From Candidatus Bathyarchaeota archaeon (lineage in GTDB: Archaea > Thermoproteota > Bathyarchaeia > Bathyarchaeales > Bathycorpusculaceae), in assembly GCA_963833575.1 (NCBI GenBank), contig CAWHXY010000004.1, positions 608,001-672,000 of the forward strand: a stretch of DNA of 64,000 bases, in the 5' to 3' direction. The translations under genes were made by a program, and so were the position numbers. Below, one piece after another: positions 9,681-18,845 of this stretch. The notes beneath the pieces were generated by a model, which saw only the letters and a program-made list of their open reading frames with translations, did no database searches and was not told the origin of the DNA. Numbering within the stretch: position 1 is the first letter of the stretch; each line of letters opens with the position of its first letter.

Positions 9681-10427
9681 TCAGCTCTTCGCTATCAGGA
9701 TAATTCTTTTAACTACTTGCCTGAGTTTTTTGGCAATGGAGGTATTGAGCAATTCTCCTTCGATACCAATGGCGCCTTCAACGCCTGGGTCATATGGGAT
9801 TTCGCCAAGATATTTTAGCCCCAGCTTTCCTGTTTCTTCTGCAATACCTTCTTCCACAGCCATTTTCATGTTTTCTATAATGCCTATAATTGGCATTTTT
9901 AGCTCACGCAAAAGGTTCACTTGCTTTTTGACTGTTTCAAAAGCTAGAAGTGAAGGTGTTGTAACTATTAGAAATTCTATGCGTTTAATGAGTCGAACTA
10001 AATCAAGAATTGCATCACCGATTCCTGGCGGCATGTCAATTACCAAAAAATCTAGCTGCCCCCACTGCGTAATTGCTAAAAGTTCGATCAGGGCGTTTGA
10101 AACGTCTCCTCCGCGTAGGGGTGCTGGGTTATCCCCGACAAAGTAAACAAGCGACATGTATTCCATACCATGGACTGTTGGGGGTATGATGCCTTTTTCT
10201 TCTTTTGGTTGCACTTTTTGTACGCCAAGGATTATGTGGGTGGATGGGCTGGTGAAGTCTAAGTCAAATAAACCTACTCTGCAGCCGTTATGAGCTAAGG
10301 TTAATGCAAGTGTGGTTGCGACCATGCTTTTTCCCACGCCGCCTTTGCCGCTTGAAACAGCGATAATTCTGGTTATTCGTGACAAACGCTCTTTGATTAC
10401 GCTTGTTCGTGGATCAACCACGTTCAT
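9681..10427 (-). CDS. Mrp/MinD-type ATPase, probably Thermococcus-type ATP-dependent HypB
   Basis: SGKGGVGKS, DLDFTSPSTH, DMPPG, IENM; lacks the Mrp CxxC; overlaps hypA. Confidence 0.8.
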   Translation of the reverse strand: MNVVDPRTSVIKERLSRITRIIAVSSGKGGVGKSMVATTLALTLAHNGCRVGLFDLDFTSPSTHIILGVQKVQPKEEKGIIPPTVHGMEYMSLVYFVGDNPAPLRGGDVSNALIELLAITQWGQLDFLVIDMPPGIGDAILDLVRLIKRIEFLIVTTPSLLAFETVKKQVNLLRELKMPIIGIIENMKMAVEEGIAEETGKLGLKYLGEIPYDPGVEGAIGIEGELLNTSIAKKLRQVVKRIILIAKS

Positions 10428-10822
10428 TTAGCTCCTTTTATGTTCTCAAGCCAAACGCCACGCCCGCTGACTATTTCAAAGTCAGGACTGCCACATTTAG
10501 GACACTTAATGTAAGTGTGGGCAACTTCGGGAACAAAATGAATTGCTTCAGCAGTGGCTTTATCAAGCTTTTTGATATTAAACTGCCACTTTGTTTCGCA
10601 AACGCGACATCTGAGCGTTGATTTAGCCTTCAAAATTCTGAATTTAGCATTCTTAAAATTCCCGGTTTTGATCTGCGAAAGAGCAAACCTCAAAATGGGA
10701 GGTTCAACCTGCTGAAGCTCACCAACCCTAATAGTAACTTCCGTTACTTCCTTCAAACCTTCCTGCTCAGCAACTTGCTTCGCCGATGTAAGAATAGCTT
10801 CAGCTAAAGCCCATTCATGCAT
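10424..10822 (-). CDS. hypA: Hydrogenase nickel incorporation protein HypA
   Basis: MHE start, two CxxC motifs, GELQQV, and the IHFVPE insert. Confidence 0.95.
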   Translation of the reverse strand: MHEWALAEAILTSAKQVAEQEGLKEVTEVTIRVGELQQVEPPILRFALSQIKTGNFKNAKFRILKAKSTLRCRVCETKWQFNIKKLDKATAEAIHFVPEVAHTYIKCPKCGSPDFEIVSGRGVWLENIKGAK

Positions 10823-10963
10823 AAACTAACCATGCCTTACGCATCTTTAAAAGAATATTGCAAGAATTACCTAATCCTAAACAGTATCTGCTATCCCTTT
10901 TCTAAAAAGTAGGCTATGGCTAACTTTAAATCCTTTTTCTATTGTCTGTTAACAGTGGTTCTT

Positions 10964-11527
10964 GTGGAAAAGCAATTTAAAATTCTCGCCTTCGCTGGAA
11001 GCTTGAGAAAAGGCTCCTACAATAAAGCCCTAATCCGGGCAGCCTTAGAGCTCGCGCCAGAAAATATTACGGTAGAAGTTTTTGACTTAGAAGGAATACC
11101 GCCCTTCAATCAAGATAATGTGAACAATCCCCCGACGCAGGTTGCGGAGTTTAAAGAAAAAATCAGAAACGCAGATGCACTGCTCATTGCCACCCCAGAA
11201 TACAACTTTTCTGTTCCAGGGGTGTTGAAAAACGCGATCGATTGGGCTTCAAGACCTTTACAAGGAAATCCTCTCGATGATAAACCGGTAGCCATCATGA
11301 GTGCATCAACGGGCAGGTTAGGTGGAGCTAGGGCACAATATCATTTACGGCAAACCTTTGTCTTCCTTAACATACATCCCATCAACCGACCTGAAGTCAT
11401 GCTATCTAACGCCGCTGAAAATGTTGATGCTAACGGCAAGGTAACCAATGAACAAACGCGGACACTTATCAAACAATTGATTGAGGCGTTGGTGACATGG
11501 AGTAATAGGCTAAAAGGCCAGAAGTAA
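10964..11527 (+). CDS. NADPH-dependent FMN reductase (ChrR-like)
   Basis: GSLRKGSYN, TPEYN, LKNAIDWASR, GGARAQ; GTG start inferred. Confidence 0.9.
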   Translation: MEKQFKILAFAGSLRKGSYNKALIRAALELAPENITVEVFDLEGIPPFNQDNVNNPPTQVAEFKEKIRNADALLIATPEYNFSVPGVLKNAIDWASRPLQGNPLDDKPVAIMSASTGRLGGARAQYHLRQTFVFLNIHPINRPEVMLSNAAENVDANGKVTNEQTRTLIKQLIEALVTWSNRLKGQK

Positions 11528-11613
11528 ACCAGATTAATGGTGTCTCATTTTTATTGCTTACTTTGCGAAGCCTTAAATGATGTAATGCCCACGTTAGCCA
11601 TAAGGCGTTTAGC

Positions 11614-12918
11614 ATGAGAGTCATAGCTGACCTACACATTCATGGACGTTACAGTCGAGCAACAAGCGAGCAAATGAACATACCTGAAATCGCTCGATAT
11701 TCGAAAATTAAAGGGTTAAACCTTGTGGGTACAGGCGATTTTACCCATCCACAGTGGCTTAAAGAAATCAACGAAACTTTAACGCCTGAACAAGACACAG
11801 GGCTCTTCAAATTAGCCAAAAATGCTGATTCGCCAGTTCGTTTTATGTTAACAACTGAAGTTTGCACCATCTTCGATTACATGGGCGAATCCAAAAAAAT
11901 CCATCATGTAATCCTAACGCCGAACATGGAAACAGCAATCCAAATAAATGACCGGCTTAAGAGATTTGGAAATTTAGCCTCCGATGGCAGACCAATACTA
12001 AACATGACGGCACCCCAACTTGTTGAGCAAGTGATGGCTGTCTCAACCGATAACATGATTTTTCCAGCTCACGCGTGGACTCCGTGGTTTAGCATTTTCG
12101 GCGCCTTCAGCGGCTTTAACACTGTAGAAGACTGTTACCAAGACATGACTAAACATATCTATGCCTTAGAGACCGGACTCTCTTCTGATCCTGCAATGAA
12201 TTGGCGCTTAAGCAAATTAGACAAGTTTACACTTGTTTCAAATAGCGACTGCCACAGTTTTTGGCCATGGCGCATCGGCAGAGAAGCCAACGTTTTCGAA
12301 CTTGAAAAATTCAATTATCAACAAGTAACAGATGCCATAAAAAGCAATGATGCAACCCACTTCAAGTTTACAATCGAAACTGACCCCGCCTACGGCAAGT
12401 ACCATTGGACTGGACACAGAAACTGCAAAATATCGCTTTCACCGCAAGACGCCATAAAGTTCAACAATGTTTGCCCAGTTTGCCGAAAAGAACTCACAAA
12501 AGGTGTAGAGCAACGAGTTGAAGAGCTGGCAGATCGACCTGTGAATTTCAAACGTGAAGGTGCACCTGGTTTTTTGCGGCTGCTCCCACTTTCTGAGATA
12601 ATTGCAACAGTGTTAGGTACTGATTCTCCGGCAACTCGCGCGGTTTGGAATAATTATAGTTCTTTGGTTGAAAAGTTTGGGAGTGAGTACACTGTATTAA
12701 TTGATACGCCCCAAGAAGCATTAGCCACGGTGGTTGATGCAACAATGGCACAAGCCATCATAAAGGTTAGAGACGGCACTGCCAAAGTAACACCGGGATA
12801 CGACGGCGTTTACGGGCAGCTTGTTTTGGGCATTGATGCGCCAAAAGCTAAACCCAAACCTGCACCGAGAACGGCAAAGCAGACGAATATAGGCGATTTT
12901 TTTGGAAAATTAAGTTAA
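11614..12918 (+). CDS. endoQ: Endonuclease Q family protein (PHP domain, Zn finger, C-terminal PIP-like motif)
   Basis: ADLHIH, GTGDFTHP, PAHAWTPWF, SNSDCHS, GKYH..GHR.C...CPVC, PGYDGVYG, QTNIGDFF. Confidence 0.9.
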   Translation: MRVIADLHIHGRYSRATSEQMNIPEIARYSKIKGLNLVGTGDFTHPQWLKEINETLTPEQDTGLFKLAKNADSPVRFMLTTEVCTIFDYMGESKKIHHVILTPNMETAIQINDRLKRFGNLASDGRPILNMTAPQLVEQVMAVSTDNMIFPAHAWTPWFSIFGAFSGFNTVEDCYQDMTKHIYALETGLSSDPAMNWRLSKLDKFTLVSNSDCHSFWPWRIGREANVFELEKFNYQQVTDAIKSNDATHFKFTIETDPAYGKYHWTGHRNCKISLSPQDAIKFNNVCPVCRKELTKGVEQRVEELADRPVNFKREGAPGFLRLLPLSEIIATVLGTDSPATRAVWNNYSSLVEKFGSEYTVLIDTPQEALATVVDATMAQAIIKVRDGTAKVTPGYDGVYGQLVLGIDAPKAKPKPAPRTAKQTNIGDFFGKLS

Positions 12919-13000
12919 CATTCTCTATCTATCCAGAGAAACAAAACGATTTAATTCCAGAAAAATAACTAATGTTCTAATCTACAAGGATAGATCACAT

Positions 13001-14386
13001 TTGAAAGATCTTTTAACAAAAATTAACAACATAGCCATTCAAAAGTTCGGAGCCCAATACGCTGAAGCCCGAGCTCAAAAACTTTCAAAAACAATGCTCA
13101 ATCTTAAAGAAGAGCGTGTTGAAGGCGCAAAGCAAGGCATCGAGAACGGTGTCGCCATGCGCGTACTTGTTAATGGCGCTTGGGGTTTTGCATCAGTTGG
13201 CTCATTGGACGAGGAAATTTTGAGCAATGCTGTTTCGGATGCTTGCAAAATGGCTAAAATGGCTAGTTCGAAGTTGAAAACGCCGATTAAGCTTGCTAAA
13301 ACCAAAGTCGTCACTGACCGCGTCGTCTCGAAACCAAAGAAGAACCCATCAGATATCTTGATGGAGAACAAAATAAAGACTGCTTTGGATGTAAACAAGG
13401 CAAGTTTAGCCTTCGATAAGAAAATTAAAAGTTGCAACATAGATTACATGGATTTAACTGGCACAAGTTATTTTGTGAATAGTGATGGCACAAGCATAGA
13501 GCAAGATAAACTGGTCGTTTGGGCAAGAATCACTGCCTCAGCCCTAAACGAGGGCATTTTCACTTTTAGCCGAGAAGAAGTAGGTTCAACCTCAGGCTAC
13601 GATATATTTGATAAGCTATCACCAGAAGCGCTCGGTGAAAAAGTTGCAAAACTCGCGATCCAACAACTAAGCGCGAAATCGCCAAAAGGCGGAACGTTTC
13701 CAGTTGTTTTGGGTCCAAACGTTGTGGGAGTTTTCGTTCATGAAGCATTTGGGCATTTAGCTGAAGCTGATTTGGCCCTTTCAGGCGGTGTTTTAGCTGC
13801 TAATATGAAAAAGAAAATCGGCTCAGACCTAGTAACATTTTATGATGATGGCACGATTGAGGGATCTTTTGGCGCTTTCAAATACGATGATGAAGGGGTT
13901 CAGACCCAGAAAACATTGCTAATAAAAGACGGCGTTGTTGAGGGTTTGATGCACAACCGCGAAACCGCTCAAAAATTCAACGCACAACCAACCGGCAACG
14001 CCAGGGCTGAAGATTTCCGAGTGGAACCAATTATTCGAATGCGCTGCACTTACATGGCACCCAGAGATCAATCAATTGAAGAATTAATCGAAAACGTCAA
14101 ACAAGGATATTACTTTAAGAGCTTCAGAGGCGGACAAGCTAATCTTGACGGCACTTTCCAAGTTGGCATCCAAGAAGGTTACGAGATAATCAATGGTGAA
14201 ATAGGCGCTCCGGTACGTGATGCGTCAATAAGCGGCAACACACTTGAAACCTTGCATAAAGTTGACGCTGTAGGGAAGGATTTTCTGTTAGACCCAGGAA
14301 GGTGTGGAAAAGGTCAAATAGCATTCGTAGGTGATGGTGGACCTCACATCAGACTTAAGGAAGTGGTTGTTGGTGGCAGTGTTTAA
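13001..14386 (+). CDS. tldD: TldD family metalloprotease
   Basis: HEAFGH zinc motif, YDDEG, GNARA, CGKGQ. Confidence 0.92.
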   Translation: MKDLLTKINNIAIQKFGAQYAEARAQKLSKTMLNLKEERVEGAKQGIENGVAMRVLVNGAWGFASVGSLDEEILSNAVSDACKMAKMASSKLKTPIKLAKTKVVTDRVVSKPKKNPSDILMENKIKTALDVNKASLAFDKKIKSCNIDYMDLTGTSYFVNSDGTSIEQDKLVVWARITASALNEGIFTFSREEVGSTSGYDIFDKLSPEALGEKVAKLAIQQLSAKSPKGGTFPVVLGPNVVGVFVHEAFGHLAEADLALSGGVLAANMKKKIGSDLVTFYDDGTIEGSFGAFKYDDEGVQTQKTLLIKDGVVEGLMHNRETAQKFNAQPTGNARAEDFRVEPIIRMRCTYMAPRDQSIEELIENVKQGYYFKSFRGGQANLDGTFQVGIQEGYEIINGEIGAPVRDASISGNTLETLHKVDAVGKDFLLDPGRCGKGQIAFVGDGGPHIRLKEVVVGGSV

Positions 14387-15737
14387 AAAAGATATAATGA
14401 TTAGTTTAGCTGAAAACGCAGTAAAGGTAGCGATGCAAAATGGAGCGTCTCAAGCTGAAGCTTACGTTTACGAGGGGCAAGCAACAAATATTGGCATTGA
14501 ACTTGGACAAATCAGCAAGACCAATAGAATAATAGATCGCGGCTTAGGCATCCGGGTTGCTTCAAACAAAGCCGTAGGTTTTGCTTATACGAACGTAATT
14601 GATGACCAAAACGCAGTTGAAAACGTGATTAATAGCGCTTTAGGTGCTGCAAAAGCCAGTAAGCCTGACCCCGATTGGAAGGGACTCCCACAAGCCAAAC
14701 CGTACGCCACCCTTCAGCAAACGTTCGATGATAAAATTGTTGAACTTGGCTCAGAGGAACTAGTCAATGTTGCTTCAATCATGCTTGAAGCTGCTGGACA
14801 AGTTGACAAACGAGTTTTTCCAATTGAAGGAGGAATAGGCAACGCTTACATTTCTAACGCAATTGCCAACTCAAATGGAATCACAGGTTTTGACAAAGGA
14901 ACAGTTATTGAATGCAGCATAGCAACATTAGCCAAAGAAAACAATACAGTCACCCCAGTTTGCTTTGAATTCAATGCTTCAAGAAAATACAATATTAACC
15001 CAGAATGGGTCGGAAAAGAAGCCGCAAAAATGGCTCTTTCAGCACTAAAAACTAAGTCAGTTGAAACGAAATCCACAACGCTTATCCTAACTCAGTTTGC
15101 ATTGCAAGATCTTTTTGCCTATACGCTGGTTAACGCTGTTAGAGCAGATAATGTTCAGAGAAATCAGTCGCCGTTTAAAGATAAACTTGATGAAAAAGTC
15201 GCTTCAGATAATCTGACAATTTATGATGACGGTTTATTCCCGGGTGGATTACGCACTTGGGCTTTTGACGGTGAGGGAGTGCCCCATCAGAAAACCCCAG
15301 TTATAGAAAAAGGTGAACTGCGCAATTTCCTATACGATAACTACTCCGCACAAAAAGATGGAAAAGAAAGCACAGGAAACGCATCCAGAGCAGGATACTT
15401 GTCGACGCCCAGCATTGACACAACAAACTTTCATATCATGCCCGGAAATAAAACATCCGACGAAATGCTGAGCGAAGTAGATGACGGCTTAATAATATAT
15501 TACTTGCAGGGAGCTCACAGCAGCAATCCTGTGAGCGGCGAGTTCTCGGTTGTTGCAACGCCAGCTTGGAAAATAAAGAAAGGAGAAATAGTTCACTGCA
15601 GCCGAGGTGTAATGTTGGCTGGCAACATTTTTGAGGTATTGAAAAACATCAGCTTAGTGGGCAATAATGAGCGGCAGATGGGGCAGCTGATTTCACCTTG
15701 GATTCAAGTAGAGAACGTGCGAGTTATCGGAAAATAA
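14379..15737 (+). CDS. pmbA: PmbA/TldE family protein
   Basis: FDGEG, STGNA, SGEFS; no HExxxH; GTG start overlaps the tldD end. Confidence 0.9.
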   Translation: MFKKDIMISLAENAVKVAMQNGASQAEAYVYEGQATNIGIELGQISKTNRIIDRGLGIRVASNKAVGFAYTNVIDDQNAVENVINSALGAAKASKPDPDWKGLPQAKPYATLQQTFDDKIVELGSEELVNVASIMLEAAGQVDKRVFPIEGGIGNAYISNAIANSNGITGFDKGTVIECSIATLAKENNTVTPVCFEFNASRKYNINPEWVGKEAAKMALSALKTKSVETKSTTLILTQFALQDLFAYTLVNAVRADNVQRNQSPFKDKLDEKVASDNLTIYDDGLFPGGLRTWAFDGEGVPHQKTPVIEKGELRNFLYDNYSAQKDGKESTGNASRAGYLSTPSIDTTNFHIMPGNKTSDEMLSEVDDGLIIYYLQGAHSSNPVSGEFSVVATPAWKIKKGEIVHCSRGVMLAGNIFEVLKNISLVGNNERQMGQLISPWIQVENVRVIGK

Positions 15738-15750
15738 TTCTGGTTGCTAC

Positions 15751-15778
15751 GCCCAAAAAACTCTTAAAGTACTCGCCT
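15751..15778. repeat. Degenerate copy of the 3' end of the GT4 gene (second copy at 16703-16729)
   Basis: gcccaaaaaactcttaaagtactcgcct vs gcccagaaactctttgaatactcgcct; both are adjacent to a minus-strand stop codon. Confidence 0.7.
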
Positions 15779-16197
15779 TTAGGGCTACGTCCTTTTTTAC
15801 TTCTTCTTTTGTTTCTGTCACAGTACTCATCTCTAAATATCTTATGAACGTGGCTAGTCATAAGTCTTATTTCAGTTCGTTCCACTTTTACTCGGTTCTA
15901 CATTTCCACAGTTTTTTTAGTTTGCCTCTCTTTATGTTTTCAAAAGAAGTTGTGTCTATTATCGGCATTGGAGTCGTAATTAGTATGATTTGCTGTTGCT
16001 GAGCGTTCCTCTGCCTGTTCGATTATTTTCCTATTTTATTTATTCTTGAGTTTGGCTTGAGGTTTAAGACGCGGTTAATTCATGCTTCTACGGTTCCTTG
16101 CTCTTGTTTTAAAAAAACAGAATTTTTAGGTGCGAAAGATTGTAAAACGCAGATATTATAAGCTAGAAATGACTTAACTGAAAAGTGGCGAAATATA

Positions 16198-16590
16198 TTG
16201 AACTTAAAGTTCGGAAACTGGAAAAAGTTTCTGTTTAAAGCTTTAATTGTTTCAGTGTGTATAATCATAGCTAATCTGTTGCTCGTTAATTTTTATGGTT
16301 CTACAATATGGCGTTACGCGGGTTATTTTTTTGGAAATGATGTAAAAACAACTTTGAGTACCTTACTATTTATTGAAGGTGCTGTGATTTTGACGTTAGG
16401 GTTTGTTTGGCTTTCAGGTGCAATGGAGGTAAACTTCGATGGCTCTAACATTAGAACAAATATTTGGAACCGAAACCAACAATGGAGACAACGTCCAAAT
16501 GAATTAGATCAAGAGAACGCGGCAGGTAAGGTCATGATTCTTGTGGGTCTTCCAGTTTTTCTTGTTTCACTTATCCTAGTTTTTATATGA
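16198..16590 (+). CDS. Hypothetical membrane protein (about 3 TM)
   Basis: 130-aa ORF with three hydrophobic segments. Confidence 0.65.
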   Translation: MNLKFGNWKKFLFKALIVSVCIIIANLLLVNFYGSTIWRYAGYFFGNDVKTTLSTLLFIEGAVILTLGFVWLSGAMEVNFDGSNIRTNIWNRNQQWRQRPNELDQENAAGKVMILVGLPVFLVSLILVFI

Positions 16591-16616
16591 AACTGATTGC
16601 CGTGCAAAAACAGAGT

Positions 16617-16667
16617 CCTTAGGTGCGAGGGGGGTGCCCTAAAGGGAGGTGTACTCGCTACCTGAGG
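16617..16667 (+). other. GC-rich hairpin between convergent genes
   Basis: CCTTAGGT-GCGAG pairs with CTCGC-(T)-ACCTGAGG; inner CCCT-AA-AGGG. Confidence 0.55.
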
Positions 16668-16698
16668 TGCCTTTTCTATAAGGCGAGTATCTGATGTT

Positions 16699-17904
16699 TT
16701 AAGCCCAGAAACTCTTTGAATACTCGCCTAAGACGCCTTCATATATTTGCTTGGTTTGTTGCGCAATTTTTTCCCAATCGTACTTTTCTAAAACTGTTTT
16801 GTACGCGTTTTCTCTGAGACTTTGTCTGTAGTTATCATCAAGCAACACTTTTGTTATCCCCCATGCTAGTGAATCAGGGTTATTGGGAAAAACTTTAACG
16901 CCAGTTACGTCATGGTCGATGATTTCTGATAAGCCACCTGTATCAGATGCTACTACTGGACTTTTTGCAGCCATAGCTTCCAACGCAACTATTCCGAACG
17001 GTTCAAAAAGGGAGGGCACAACGGATACGTCTGCGCATTTCTGAAGTTTAAGCAAGCTTTCTTCATCTACGAAGCCTTCGAACAAAACTTTATGCTCAAG
17101 CCCCATACTGCGAACAATGTTTAGCAGCTGCTCTTTCATATAACCGCTTCCGACAATTATGAATTTAGCATTGACTTTTTGCAAGATTTTTGGGGCAGCG
17201 TTAATTAACACATGAATGCCTTTTTCGTATACAAGTCTACCTACGTATAACACTATTTTTTCGTCTGGCAAGGCAAATTTGCTTCGGAATTCCTTCAAAC
17301 CATCTTCAGCGGTATTGTAAGATTGGGTGTTTACGCCATTAGGAACCATAACTAGCTTGTCGTCTGGAAGCCCAAATGCCCATTTAACGTGTGAAATCAT
17401 ATATTTGCTGCAACAAATTACCCGCCATGCTTCATAGGTCAACCAAGCTTCGGTCTCATGGATCATTTTTTCAGTGTTGGTATGTAATCCATCTCTTCTG
17501 CCGATTTCGGTTGAATGCATAGTTACCAAAAGGGGTTTTCGAAAAACATGTTTAAGCCCAATGCCTGCATCCGCCACAAGCCAATCGTGTGCATGGAAAA
17601 CATCAATCTTATTTCCGATTTTCCTAGTTAGAGCTGCTGTTTCTTTTTGCATATTGAGATTCATTAAGTAAACCCATGATGCAAAATCTGGTGCAGGATT
17701 TTTGTAGGAGTCAATACGGTAAACCTCGACGCCGTCGATGACTTCATGAGAAGGTGTGTTGGGAAAGTCGCAGGTAACAACGTAGACTTTTACGTCTTGT
17801 TTTACTAAGTTTTTTGATAAAAAGTAAACATGAGGTGATATTCCTCCGATAACTCTGGGTGGGTACTCCCAGGTTAGCATCATAACGGTTAAGTCATCTT
17901 TCAT
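16699..17904 (-). CDS. GT4 glycosyltransferase (glycogen synthase-like)
   Basis: WEYPPRVIGG, HAHDWL, PNGV, GRLVYEKG, FEPFGIVALEAM. Confidence 0.9.
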   Translation of the reverse strand: MKDDLTVMMLTWEYPPRVIGGISPHVYFLSKNLVKQDVKVYVVTCDFPNTPSHEVIDGVEVYRIDSYKNPAPDFASWVYLMNLNMQKETAALTRKIGNKIDVFHAHDWLVADAGIGLKHVFRKPLLVTMHSTEIGRRDGLHTNTEKMIHETEAWLTYEAWRVICCSKYMISHVKWAFGLPDDKLVMVPNGVNTQSYNTAEDGLKEFRSKFALPDEKIVLYVGRLVYEKGIHVLINAAPKILQKVNAKFIIVGSGYMKEQLLNIVRSMGLEHKVLFEGFVDEESLLKLQKCADVSVVPSLFEPFGIVALEAMAAKSPVVASDTGGLSEIIDHDVTGVKVFPNNPDSLAWGITKVLLDDNYRQSLRENAYKTVLEKYDWEKIAQQTKQIYEGVLGEYSKSFWA

Positions 17905-18524
17905 TTGGCTTTCATTCCACCCACGCTTTTGTAGAGTTTAAGGATATCCGTTAGCCAGGAATCTGGATCGGTTGAAATAACAACTATCTTTTCTTCAGGC
18001 ACTTTGTAAATTCGAATAACCTCGTCTCGCATCCATTCCGACTTGACGCTGATTTTCTCAGCCTCAAAGAAACCTAACCATTCAATACTTTTAATCGCCA
18101 TATTATACGAGGTATTTACTGCTTGAGATCTATGGTCTTCTAAGCTTTCAACGGAATAAACAAAAGGTATACCAAGTCCACTTTTTAATGTGACAGCTGC
18201 TGGAACAAAATGCCAATCATAGACGTCTACAAGATCAATTTGCTTGTTGGCTCCATAATAGATGTTGGCTGCCGCTCTTTCGACCTCTTGGTTTAAAGTT
18301 AAATCCCAAGTCAAAACCCCAATATGAGTTCGGACAGGGTTTGACACCCTTACAGTTTTTACCCCTGACGGCTCTAGATCTTGACCAGTTGAACGATCAT
18401 CATAAGTTACAACATTGACATCTACCTTTTTAACAGCTAGTCGATCTGAGAGGGCTTTAACATATTCCGAGAGTTTTCCTACCACTCTTGGCGGATACTC
18501 CCAGGAAAGAATAATTACACGCAT
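17901..18524 (-). CDS. Stand-alone GT4 N-terminal domain protein
   Basis: WEYPPRVVG and DVYDWH match the GT4 N-domain; ends at 207 aa with no EPFG..E C-domain. Confidence 0.75.
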   Translation of the reverse strand: MRVIILSWEYPPRVVGKLSEYVKALSDRLAVKKVDVNVVTYDDRSTGQDLEPSGVKTVRVSNPVRTHIGVLTWDLTLNQEVERAAANIYYGANKQIDLVDVYDWHFVPAAVTLKSGLGIPFVYSVESLEDHRSQAVNTSYNMAIKSIEWLGFFEAEKISVKSEWMRDEVIRIYKVPEEKIVVISTDPDSWLTDILKLYKSVGGMKAK

Positions 18525-18531
18525 GGTTCCA

Positions 18532-18783
18532 CTACGTGAAAAGAGAGCAGACCTTGATTATTCCTCTTGCATTAAGGTAGTAGCGTTTTTTTCCTTCATT
18601 ATCAACAAAGCTTTCAGCAAAACCCTCAGATTTATAATTATCCAAAATGCCTTCGATTTCATTTGGGTCTTTCTGCATAAGTCGGGCGACTTCTTCGCCT
18701 CTTCTTGCTAAATCAGCGGCTGTTGCACATAAGTTATGCAGGGTTTGCAAAACCTTATCGGGATAAGGAAGCTCGTCTCTCAT
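18532..18783 (-). CDS. Small winged-helix protein
   Basis: 83 aa; EEVARLMQ...EGFAESF...KRYYLN.RG wing pattern; embedded in the operon. Confidence 0.6.
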   Translation of the reverse strand: MRDELPYPDKVLQTLHNLCATAADLARRGEEVARLMQKDPNEIEGILDNYKSEGFAESFVDNEGKKRYYLNARGIIKVCSLFT

Positions 18784-18845
18784 TTTTGCTGCACCGTTCT
18801 GTCAGTAAGTTACGGCACTTCCTTTATAAATGCATACTTATTTTT

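Noticed and set aside
15747-15830. 27-aa ORF MSTVTETKEEVKKDVALKASTLRVFWA
   Set aside because: Its end is explained by the frameshifted duplicate of the GT4 3' end, and there is no independent coding evidence.
15870-16080. Hydrophobic ORF scraps, possibly a decayed membrane-protein gene
   Set aside because: Multiple stops and T-rich composition could give this by chance; no family is recognisable.
16585-16695. Possible C/D-box sRNA (CTGA at 16661 and 16691)
   Set aside because: No convincing RTGATGA box C; kept only as an unexplained hairpin.
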